A stretch of DNA of 64,000 nucleotides from Macrostomum lignano (Eukaryota). Both the position numbers and the translations under genes were made by a program. Below the pieces are notes generated by a model. That model was not told the origin of the DNA and did not search any database. It worked only from the letters and a program-made list of their open reading frames with translations. Location of the stretch: positions 1,984,001 to 2,048,000 of the forward strand of contig NIVC01000010.1 of NCBI GenBank assembly GCA_002269645.1. Direction: 5' to 3'. Positions within the stretch are counted from its first letter, which is position 1. Each line of letters opens with the position of its first letter. Positions 24,701 to 36,700 of the stretch are shown piece after piece.

Positions 24701-27700
24701 CTTTGTCGAGGACGAGCATCTTTCTGCTCATCTCTGGTGGCACTCGATTCACGCCCAAGCTGGCGAGGAAGCATTGCTTCAGCTTGATCTGTGGTGTCAC
24801 TCGGCGAGACGGACTTATCCTCAAGCTGACGAGGAAGCATGGCTTTAGCTTGGTCTTTGGCGTCACTTGGTGAGACGGACTCATCTGCCGGTTTGCTGGC
24901 ACGACGTTTAGAGTCACTGGGAGATTCAGAATCATCCGAATGGTTTCGGGGATATGCATCTTTTCGTTCATCTCTGATGGCAATCGATTTAGCCTCAAGC
25001 TCACGAGGAAGCATTGCTTCAGCTTGATCTCTGCTGTCACTCGGTGAGACGGACTCATCTGCCGGCTTGCTGATACGACCTTCGGTGTCACTGGGAGATT
25101 CAGAACTATCCGAACTTTGTGGAGGACGAGCATCTTTCTGCTCATCTTTGGTGGCACTCGATTCACCCTCAAGCTGACGAGGAAGCATTGCTTCAGCTTG
25201 ATCTGCGGTGTCACTCGGCGAGACGGACTCATCTGCCGGCTGGCTGACACGACCTTCGGAGTCACTGTTCGATTCAGAATTATCTGTAATCTCTTGGCGA
25301 TGAGCATTTTTTCGTTCTTCTCTGGTGGTACTCGATTCACCCTCAAGCTGACTAGGAAGCATTGCTTTAGCTTGGTCTGTGGTGTCATTTGGTGAGACGG
25401 ACTTATCAGCGTTAGTTTGTTCAGCAGGTAGCTTCTTGTCTAAAGACGCTTTTTTAAAGTCACATATTTGCTGCTTGTTTTCTGCTAACTGCTCAGAAGA
25501 TGAGTCATCATTGTCAGGTACCGGATGTTGTGTAAGTGACCTCTTTTCTGAAGCCGAATTTTTAGTGTCTCTCGTCAGTGGCTCTGATGATGGTGACTTA
25601 TCTGACTCTGAGTCATCAGCGTCACTGTTTAACTGATTTTTCGTGTCTGATTCTGCGTCTTCGTTTTCACCGGCTTGCTCATTAGCTGCAGGCATCTGAT
25701 CGGTGTACGAATCTTTATTTTCACGTGGTCTCAACTTTTTTAGTGATTTCGAGGCTAGAAACGGGTCTTCAGTTTCACTTTTTTGTTGTTCCAAATTTTC
25801 GGCAATCGAATTAGGAGACCCTTCTGAGCTGCGTTCAGTAAGAACTTTAGTTCTCTCAATTGACTGTTTTCCTTGACTGCCCCTCTGGCCATTCTTAGAT
25901 GAAGCTAATGCAGCTTTATTTCTTAAAGGTTTCAAGTTTTCATTATGATAATCCAAGGAAGCTTTCTTGCCGCTTGATTCTTCACCAGAGTCCGATTCCT
26001 TCGTTTCTTTGTTTTGCGATTCTTCGCCGCGTCTTTGTGATAATTCAACATGTTCGCTTGTTGAATCTCTTTGTTCCTCTTCAATTTCTTCAGCAATGCT
26101 CGAACAACTGCTGTCGTTCAGTCGTGAAATAAGCGTTCGGGAATTTCGGTCATCCTTTGCTGACCTCATTGAAGTATCAGGTACTTGTTTTTCAATTGAG
26201 CCTTTCTCCGCCGAAGATTGGGCATCAACTTCGTCGGGTCTATTCTCTCCACCTGGCTTTGCGTTTTCCCTGCCAACAGACTTCAGTTGGCCATCCTGTG
26301 AAATTTTATTCACATTCCCTGTCACACTTGTCTGTCCTTTCCGTTCTTTTTTTGGTTGCCGCTTATTTAGTGATCGACTCAGCATTTCAGTGTCACTCTC
26401 TGGGTCTTCTAAAGCCGAGGAATTAACACCATAGTTGGTTAATTCGCTTATATTTGCAGTCCCAGGCTTTGATTCCGCTTTGGATAGCGGCTCTGTAGAT
26501 TTTCCTTTGGTTTCGGCAGTTTCATTAGGTTGCAAGTTTGAGTAAGTCGATCGGCTCTCTGTAGATTCTTCATCAACTTTAGACTCGTCTGATAAGGAAT
26601 AATCGCTTTTAACGACGTTTGATCTTTCATCCCTGTCAGTGAGAAGCTTGTTGCCATCGTCTGAAACAGTAAAATCACAGCTATCTATTCGACGATTGGG
26701 CGATACCTCTGTAGAATCATCTAGGACAGAGGAGTGGCTTTTCATCTCTGCTCTGTCATCTTTGTCTCTTGTCTGACTCTGCTCACTAATGTCTGAGACC
26801 TGGCTTCCTGGCCTGTTGTCGGTTGAATCTGGTGAATCGCTATCGGTAGGCTGCTGTTTGGAGTTACTGTCTGCTCGATCAAATGGATGTCGGCTTGCGT
26901 CGATAGGGAACATATTAGTATCTTTGCCTTTTGGATCCATTCTTCTAGAGTTTTCAGAAGTCTGTTTTTTATCTTCGTCTGTTGAATCAACCGGATGACT
27001 GCGTAAAGACTGTTGTGTAAACTGGTCGTCCATTTGATCTGTTTTATTCTCTGGCAAGTATTTTGACGACTTAGGACCTCCGTGAGATCTGACGTCTTCT
27101 CTATTAGCATCTGACGAATGAGTTTTACCATCTTGGGTTTCAACTGAATGGTTTGTATCAAAATCCTTAATTGCATCATCTGTACTTTCGTTAATTCCTC
27201 CATTGACTCTTGCCCGTCTTTTGTCACTACTTTTCTCTACACCCTTGTCACCTGGCGGAACGCCTTCGTCACTGCGCCAGGGCGTATCATCTCGTCGCTC
27301 GCTGGTTGCAGCTTTACGCTTTTCAACATCCAATGAAGCAGAGGTGGTATGGTTTGAATGATTAGCGTGACCGCCGCTAACTGACTGAGTGCTGATTGGT
27401 TGCTCATCGTACACGATGGCTCCTTCTTTCTGCACTATGTCATTATCATGGGGCTCCTGATGCTTTGATTTATCCGTATCATGTATGGGTTGATTGCTGG
27501 TTTTTGCGTCTTTACTCGCTTCAGCAAGAGATAGATTATGTGACGAAGCTGCTTTCCGTTTCAAAGATTTGCTTCCTTTAGAATCTGATCTCGTGGCCTT
27601 TTCATTCCGCTTAAAACTAGATTCGCAAGAGTTGCTTTTACTATCATCCTGTGGTTTCGTTGTATCTTCGTAGTATTCACCTTTGACTTGTCGATTGTTT

Positions 27701-30700
27701 ATTGCATCGTCAGCCGCAGGACTGCTTTCTAGTGCACTTGGCAGCTTTACCTCTCCAGATTTAGGAACTAAACCTTCTGAAACGGATTCATCCGTACCAA
27801 TTTCCGAAACATCTCGAGATGTATTCTCATGGCCTTGCGTTTCGGACTGCTTTCGTGGTGCCGCCCGCGAGTCGGTTTGTTTCCTTCCCGGCTTGTTTCG
27901 TGAAGCTCGACCATCTTTGTTGTCACGTTCTGCTTCTGTTGTCGACTTTTGACTGATATCATCGCTTGAGGAATCATAGGCAATATTCTGGTCCTCACTT
28001 TGCTTCTTGACCAGATTCAAATTTTCTGCTGAATCTATTGAACCTTGGCCTGTTTGTTCAGGCCTTTCTACATCGTGTTTCTTTTTCGAAGTATTTCGAT
28101 CCGATTTCAGCTTTCTTTTGATTTTTCGAGCTGACGAATTAGATGATTCTTCATGAGCTTCAGATTCATTAGAGTCAGTGTCCTTGTCTGATGTCTCTGT
28201 GGCATCTTTGCTTTTCTCGCCTTGTAGACTGGCTAGTTCACCTTTCACTGAGCTGACGCGTACCGCATCGCTTCGACTTGTACTATAGTGTTTTTCTTTC
28301 TTCGCAGTCGTTCGGTCTTTCAAACTAGAACCCTCTTGGTCTAGAATAGATTTTTTTTCTGGAGTAAGCCTTAAGAGATCTTCAGCTTTTGAAGAGCTGA
28401 AGCGCTGCTTGTCTGATTGTAGACTTTCAGAGCCTTCTCCGTTATCCGTCAAGTGACTGCCGTGTTCCCTATCGCTGTGCTTACTTTCTGTTTCTGGATT
28501 CTCAGATAGTCGAATTTCGGACTCGCTGCTCTGCTTGTGACGGCTTGAAGGGTGCGTTTCGGACCTAAGTCCTATTTGATCATTGTCTGACGCATGGCTG
28601 CCAGCGCTTAGTTTTTTAGAATTACCGGTATCTGAGGGTTTGTCTGGAGAAGAATCTAGCTGACGACTTTTCACTACAAGACTTCGGTGACCTTCCAACG
28701 GCTTACTTCCTGGATCGTCTTTTGTTAGACCCCGTTGACGACTATCGGAGGCACCACTCCTAGACTTTTCATCCAAAGATTCGTACGAATAATGGTCTGA
28801 GGGTGGCTTCCCTGATCTATCTAATTTAATTCTTAGTTGACTATCATCAGATTTTGGACTTTTTGGCCTGTCATTTGCCGAAATAACTTCATTGCTGTCT
28901 GAGGCATCGCTTCCAGGCACCCTTTTCGAAGAATCAAAATCCGATGAGTAACTGCCTAAATTTTGGTTTCTAGACTTGCTTACTGTCGGGCCAAGTTTAT
29001 AAGCGTCTGCGGCATCGCTTTCAGACTCCTCAGTCGCAGAATTTTGTGAATCTCGTAACTTCAAAGGTCGCTTTCGGCGTTCGTCAATTGCCTGTTCTTG
29101 TTGATAACTGCTAGAATCACGCAAATCAGGACCGTCATTTGTAGAATCATTCGAATGTTTGTCTAATGGCAGCATTCCTGGCTGGCTGTCAGATAGATCC
29201 TCACTTGGAGTAAGTCTCCGATGGTCTGATACATCGACTTTTTCAGGCTCCTTGTTTGTGACATCACTTGGTTGACTATCTAAAGACCTCCTTCTTGACT
29301 TCAATGCTACTAAGTCACTATTTCGATCATCGGATGCAGCGCTATTTGCGTTCTTATCTTTAAAATCCTTCGGAGTCTTTGAAGAAGAAATTTCCGTGTG
29401 TTCTTCAGCTGGTTTAAATTTTCGATTGTCAAGGTCAGGGCTTCCCGACTTTGTTGGATCTGATTGAGGTCCGTCTGAAGACAACATTCCAGATTTATCT
29501 TTTTTTGGATCTGGTTTACAGTCACCAGAGACACGGGATCCAAGCATATCTTTTGCTGAAGTAGCTTTAGGACCGTGGGAGATATCACTTTCAGACATCT
29601 CAGAAGAATCACTTGAATGACTGTCAAGGTTTTGACTTTTCGGTTTGGCTTCGGTTGACTCAAGATGATAATTTTCTGAAGCATCGCTGCCATATTTCTC
29701 ATCGTTAGAATCACATGGACTTTGAGAAGGAATGGTTCTTGACAAAGATGTACTTTCAGTTGGATTAAACTGATGATCAAGAATTTCTGATACATCAGGC
29801 TGATGGCTCTGTGAAGGCAAAAGCCTTGGCCCTCTTGCGGCTGAACCTAGTTGATGGTTGTCAGAGATTTGTCTGTTATGCAATACTTTTGTTGGTCTTG
29901 GCTTAGAGCTATCTGGTGCATCCATTTGAGCATCTGTGTCCGTAGAATCACGCGAATCACTTTCCGAGGGCCTGCTTTCATTTTGGTCAAGAATCTGTGA
30001 TTGGCTTTTTGACTGTAGCTCTCTAGCCTTGCTGTCTACTCGATCGCGTGAATGACTTTCGGAAGATCGCTTTTTAGAACTCTCGTCTTCTCGACTGTTC
30101 AGATCACTGTCAGATGACTGAAGCTTCGGATTTTTGTTAGTTTGTTCGGCTAGGGGCACTCCAGACAGGCTATCAGTTGCATCAAGCTTACTTCTTTCTG
30201 AAGGCAGCATTCCCGATCTGCTCTCAGTTGCGTCACATAATTTACGATTGTCTATAGGCACCCATTCCGCTCCGTCATCAGTTACATCCGGTTTACCACC
30301 GTCTGAAGGCAGCATTCTTGAGATTCTTTCGGTAGCTTCAGGCTGATAATTTTCTACAAGAGGCATCAGCGATGTTCTGTCGGTTGCATCAGGCTGGTTG
30401 CCTTCTGAATACGACATTCCTAAGCTACTCTCGGTTGCATAATTAGGCTGACGACCGTCTGAAGGCAGCATTCTTGATGCCCTTTCGGTAGTTTCAGACT
30501 GGCGATTGTCTGAAGGAAGCATTACTGAACCTTTCTCAGATTCATCAGGCTGTCTGCCATCTGAAGATGGCATTCCTAAGCTGCTCTCGGTTGCCTGAGT
30601 TTGATTAACGTCTAAAGGCAGCAGTCCTGAGCCGCTTTCTATTACGTTGATATCTCGTTGAGAATTTTCTGAAGGCACTACTTTAAAAATGCTTTCAGTA

Positions 30701-33700
30701 ATTTCAGGAACTACCAACTGGCTTGCAGTTGCATCAGGTCGAATACCTAAAGGAAACTTTCCAGAGTTGTCCTCAGTTGTATCAGGATTACGACCATCTA
30801 AAGCGGTTTTTCCCGACATGCTCTCAGTTGCATCCGGTTGATGACCGTCTAAAGGAGGCACTTCTGAAGTGCTGTCAATTTTGATAGGCTGACCAACACC
30901 TGAACACGGCATTTCTGACTTGCTCTCTACTGCACGATGCTTATTACCGTCGGAGCGCGGCATTTCTGAGTTGAATTTGCTAGCTTCCGGCAGACGACCG
31001 GCTGAAGAAGACATTTGCGACCTGCTCTCAGTTGCATCCTGCCGATTGTCGCCTGTAGACAGCGTTTCCAAGGTTCTCTCTGCCGTATCAGGCTGGCCTG
31101 AACACAGCGTTCTTGAGCCAGTTTCGGTTGCATCAAGTTGACGACCGTCTGAAGGCAGAATTCTTGAGTCGCCCTCTGTTAGGTCAGATTGATGACTATC
31201 TGAAAGCTCTTTTTTAGACCTGTCCTTGGCCGTTTCAGGCTGAAGATCATCTGAAGGTGGTTTTTTTGAAATGCTGTTTCTTTCATCAGGCTGATAACCT
31301 GCGAAAGGTAGCATTCTTGATGTGCTCTCAGTTTTATAAGGTTTGCGAAATTCAGAGGTGTTCTCTGTTGTATCTGGTTGACGACCATGTACAGGAGACA
31401 CTTCTGAGGTGCTATCAACTGTAGCAGACTGATGACCATCTGAAAGAGGGGTTCCTGACATGCTCTCTGCTGCATCTCTCTGGCAACCGTCTGAAAGCAG
31501 CATCTTTGAGCTGTTTTCATTAGATTCAGGCTGAGGACCGTCAGTTAAAGGCATCACCGACCTAGTCTCAATTAAATTAGGTGAATGGCCGTCTGAAGAA
31601 AATTTTCCATAGCTTTCCTCAGCTGCATCATGTTCACGGCCACCCGAAGGACTTGTTCTCGACTTAATACCAGTTGCAGTAGGATGATCTTTATCGTCAG
31701 AAATTGCATGGTTGGAAGGCGCACTCTCAGAGGCAGCAAGTTCACTACCGCCTAAATAAAGCATTTCTGAGTTTTCCCTTGTTGTAGCAGGATGATGACC
31801 GTCTAAAGGAGGTATACCTAATGTGCTCTCAGCTGCATCAGACTGCTGAACGTATGAAGGAGGCACTTCTGAGGTGCCGTCAATTGCGTCAAATTGATGA
31901 CCATCCAAATGAGCTCTTCTCGACATGCTGTTCGTTCCGTCAGGCTTGTAACCGTCTGAAAGCAAAATTCCAGAACTGCATTCAGATACATCAGTATGAG
32001 AACGGTCTAGAGGAGGCGTTTGCAATCTTTTCTGAGCTGCGTTAGCCTGACGGCTCTCTGGAGGCGGAATTGTTGATATTCTCGGATCAGTTTGAGAAAT
32101 GTCTGAAGGCAATATTACTGGATTGTCCTCAGTAGTTTCAGGCTGAAGATTATCCGAAGGAAGCCTTTCTGACATGCTCTCTATTGCATCAAATTGACGA
32201 TCATGTGAAGGAAGCATTTCTAAATTTGTTTTGTGTTGATCCACTAGATGGCTGTAGGAGGATGGGCTCATTTGAGACTTTTCGTCTGCTAAACCCGCTG
32301 CAAACCTGTCGGACGGCTCCATGTCTGACTTTCCGTCTGTGGAATTCGCTGAATATTTGTTGAAATTATCGGACGCATCATTTTTTGCACCTACTAAACG
32401 ACTGTCAAGCGGTTTTAAATCTGAGCCTACGTCTGTTCGATCTACTGGATGTCTGACAGATGGTTTTATGTCTGCCTGTTCGTCTGTTAAATCCGCTGGA
32501 TGGCTTTTTGATGGTCCCATTCCAAAGCCGTTGTCTGGGGGATTCCCTGAATGGCTCTCAGACGGACTCAGATCTGACCTTTCGCCTGTTGAATCCGCTG
32601 GATGGGTGTCAGACGGTCGCGTATCTGATCTTATGTATGAAGGATGCGCTACATGGCTGTCGAATGGTCTCATATCCGACGTTTCGTCCACTGAATCCTT
32701 TGAATGTCGGTCTGACTGTTGCATTCCAGACCTCCCGTCAGTTTGATTCGCTAATTGATTATCGGACGGTGTGATCCCATACTTTTCGTCCATCTGATCC
32801 ACTGGATGCGTTAAAGAGGGTCTCAGTTCAGACTTTTCTTCGGTTAAATCTGCTGAACGTCTGTCGAATTGTTTCATTTCAGATTTCTTGTCCGTTGCAT
32901 CCTCTGGACGATTGTCAGAGAGTCTCAATCCAAATCTTTCAGCGGTTGAATCGATTGGATGGCTGTCAAACTGTTTCATATCTGACCTTTCGACTGATGA
33001 GTCGTGTGAGTTGCGGTCTGGCTGTTGCACTCTTGACTCTATTGGAACCGTTGGCTGTCTGTCGGAAAGTCCCATGTCTGAGTTTTCGTCAGTTGAATCC
33101 ACTGGGTCGGTGTCGGTCAGTCCGATTCGAGACCTTTCGTTTCTTTGATATACTGATTGGCTGTCAGATGGTCTCATATCTGACTTCTCGATAGTTAACT
33201 CCATTGGATGAGTGTCTGTGAGCCCCATTTTAGACCTCTCGTAAGTTGGATCAGTCAGAAGGCTGCCGGATGGTTCCAATCGAGCCCTTTCGTCGATTGA
33301 ACCTACTGGATAGGTGTCAGACTGTCGTACATCTGACCTTTTGTTTGTTGGATCTACTGGATGGCGGTCAGATTTTTTGTCAGCTTGATTAGCTAGATTT
33401 CCGTCGGAGGGTCCCTCTTGAGACTCCTCGCCTGCTGAATCTGCTGGATGTCTGTCGGACGGTCTTATGTCGGCTAAATTTTCGTCCGTTAAATCCCCTG
33501 GGTGATTGTCTGACTTTTGAATTCCAGACGGTTTCTCTGTTTGCTTCGCTAAATGACCGATCGAGGGTCTCGGTCCGGACCTTTCGTCCGTCGATTCTTC
33601 TGGATCTCTGTCGGACAATCTCATATCTGACTTTTTGTCAGTTAAATCTGTTAGACGTTTGTCGGACGGTCCCATATCTGATTTCCCTTCTGTTGAATCC

Positions 33701-36700
33701 GCTATGTCCCGGTCGGGAGGCCTAATTTCAGACCTATTATCTGTTGGAACCACTGGATGATGGGTCTTAATGGATCTTGCATTTGAAATTCCGCCAGTTG
33801 AGTCCTCTTCTTGGCTGTCAGATGGTTTCATTCCAGCGTTCTCGTATTTTGAATGGACTGAATGGCTGTCTGACAGTCCTTTTCCAGACTTTTCGTCTAA
33901 AGGATCCACTGGAAAGTTTTCGGACGATCTCATTGCAGACCTTTCGCCAATTTGATCTACTGAATTGCCGTCTGGTTTTGTGTACGATGGACTGTTTGGA
34001 TGCGGGTCTTTTAACGTGCCTTTCGTTAAATGAGGTTGCTGATTGTCATAAGAGTTGTCACCAGGCTCGTTTTCCGATGTTTGAGACTGGCGTCTGTCAG
34101 ATTGTTGGGTTCCAAAATTATCACGAGGCTCATCTGGCTGCGATGTCTCAGAATTCCCTTCCGAAGAACTCGATAGACTTTCGGACTTGTCCACAGAGGG
34201 ATAACGTCTATTCTCATTTGCTTCTCTAGGGTTGTTTTCTGCCGATCGACTTTGCGGATCTTGCTTGTTTGGTCCGCCAGAGTCGAACTCGGAAGGGCCA
34301 GCTCCTTGCTTCAATGAAGCTGATTTATCGCATTCGTTCTCATCTAGCTGCCCACGAATAGGAGGGTGGCTTTTTGGCTCACCACTATCAGCCTGTTGTT
34401 GATGTTCTTCAAAAAACCTTTCTCCAGACGGATCTTCCTTAGAGTTGGTGGCGCAATGATCAAAGGGCTGTTCATGTTTCCCAGAATCGGCTGGACGCTC
34501 AACAGACAGCCTGGGTAAATCAGGTTGACTACTATTGAACAGTTGGCTTCTAGGTTCCTCGGCAGGATCCTTAGCTTCGACGATATCGACGGCAAAAGAA
34601 TGGGAAATCGACTTGTCAGAGACGATTTTTCTTAACTTTTTGGGTGAGTCCGAGTCGATATGACCTTCACTGCTGTTTGGACTTGACATCGTATCTTTGG
34701 ATTGACTTTCATCAGTAAACTGATTTGCCATAGAGCTGCCGCTTACACCTGGTAATTTTTTTGGATCTTTGTCATCGTTATCACTCTGAACGGGCAATTC
34801 TCTCATGGTGTATTTGCGAGAATCCGGTTGAGTCTGGGCCGGTTCTAAACTTTGAATACTATGTTGAGAATCAAAATCAACCGAACCATGGCTCGGGGCT
34901 TGAGTTGCTTCGATTGCATCTGCCTTTGCTTCGGCATGTGGCGCTTTTGAAAATTTACCATCATAGCCTGACTTTATTTTTGCTTTTTCCGAATCCAAGT
35001 CACTGTGGACTTCATCAGAACTAGATTTACTAGCTTTAGCAGAAGCTTTCTGTCTATTGTCCCTTTTTGTTGATCGCTTTGCAGATGGCTTCTTCACAGA
35101 GGCCTCGTCGCTTTTGTCGGAGCCACTGGATTTTGCTTGACTTGATTGCTCAAACGATGCTTCTTTTCTTTCTTTACCATATTTTACATCTTTGGATCCA
35201 CTGTCATCATCAGTACTTCCAGAATGCCAATCTTGACTTCCATCGGATGTCGACTGGCGAGTTGACTTAGACTTTTTGTTCTTTTTTCTTCTTCCGCTTT
35301 TTTTCCGTGGCTTTTTACTACTCTCAGTTTTAATCGACTCGGAAGTTGACTGTTTCTCTGACCCACTTAAGCTATCGAGACGAATCTGATCAGTAACTCC
35401 TGAAATTTGAAGAGGGCTTTCTGGCTTTCGAAGCCGTTGACTACGAGGTTTTTGTTCTTCACCAACATGTTCTTTAGATCTTACGTCTTTATCAAGCGCC
35501 GTACCTGTCCGAGAATCGATGCCATCTGTTGGTTCTAACCTGTATTTACCTTCGTAGGTCTCTGGAGCAGCACTCATTAAAGAGGATTCTTTTTTCGTCA
35601 TTACAGACTCTAGATCTTTACCAAAGTTGTCTGCAAAATCTGGATAGGTTCCGTCAGCAGTATTTGACAAGGACATGGGAATCCTCATTCTCATAGGGAG
35701 CTGATGCTGTTCTTCAGGTCCGTCCCTATCCTGATGTGGCTCTTCACCTGACTGCAGACTAGTTGCATTTGGCAGGCCGTCGAAACTGTCTCGGTCAGGC
35801 TTTGGAGCAGAGCTGGGTTGAGCGACAGTTCGATTGTCAATTAAATCGGATTTCTCCTGATTAACTCGAGAACCCAGGTTCTCTTTAGTTGGCTTGATTT
35901 TCTCTTGAGCGTCGTCTTCAGTAACCGACGCAGCTGATTTTTCAAGTTTTGACTTATCGAGTGACGTCCAAGACGCTGTGGAATCAGTCGAAAGTTCATC
36001 GTTTAGTGAATTGCTGACAATAGGCCTTGTTAAGGTGTGCTCAGAGTGAGTATCACTACGAGCAGGCGCATCAAAAATTGGATGACTGGATTGTTCATCG
36101 GAAAGTTGGCCATCTCGCTTCTTGTCGAGCATACTGCTTTTAGCTGAAGGTTTGGAGCGTCTCATTTTCTTGCTGGGCTTCTTTTGGTTTGTGCCTTCAA
36201 CAGTTTTCCCGTCGACAGCGTCATAGTACACGTCAGAGTCTTTTGAATACTCTGTAGATTCCGCTGCATCGTTTGATGATGAGTCGTCCATTGAGAAACT
36301 CATTGGCATATGTGACTGATTTCGCTGCTGCTGTGGCTGCTGTTCAGCAGGTGCTCCCATCGGCATACCCTGCGGCTGCTGCTGGGGCTGCTGTTCAACA
36401 GGTGCTCCCATCGGCATACCCTGCGGCTGTTGTTGGGGCTGCTGTTCAACGGGCGCTCCCATCGGCATACCCTGCGGCTGTTGTTGGGGCTGCTGTTCAA
36501 CAGGCGCTCCCATCGGCATACCCTGCGGTTGTTGTTGGGGCTGCTGTTCAACAGGCGCTCCCATCGGCATACCCTGCGGCTGTTGTTGGGGCTGCTGTTC
36601 AACAGGCGCTCCCATCGGCATACCCTGCGGCTGTTGTTGGGGCTGCTGTTCAACAGGCGCTCCCATCGGAATACCCTGCGGCTGTTGTTGGGGCTGCTGT

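Noticed and set aside
14600-25400. Hammerhead-like CTGACGA/CTGATGA followed by a small stem (aagctgacgaggaagcattgcttcagctt) in each plus-strand monomer; similar tgatga at 118 and ~2985
   Set aside because: No GAAA after stem II and no stems I/III. The motif is simply the antisense of codons for AMLPRQL.
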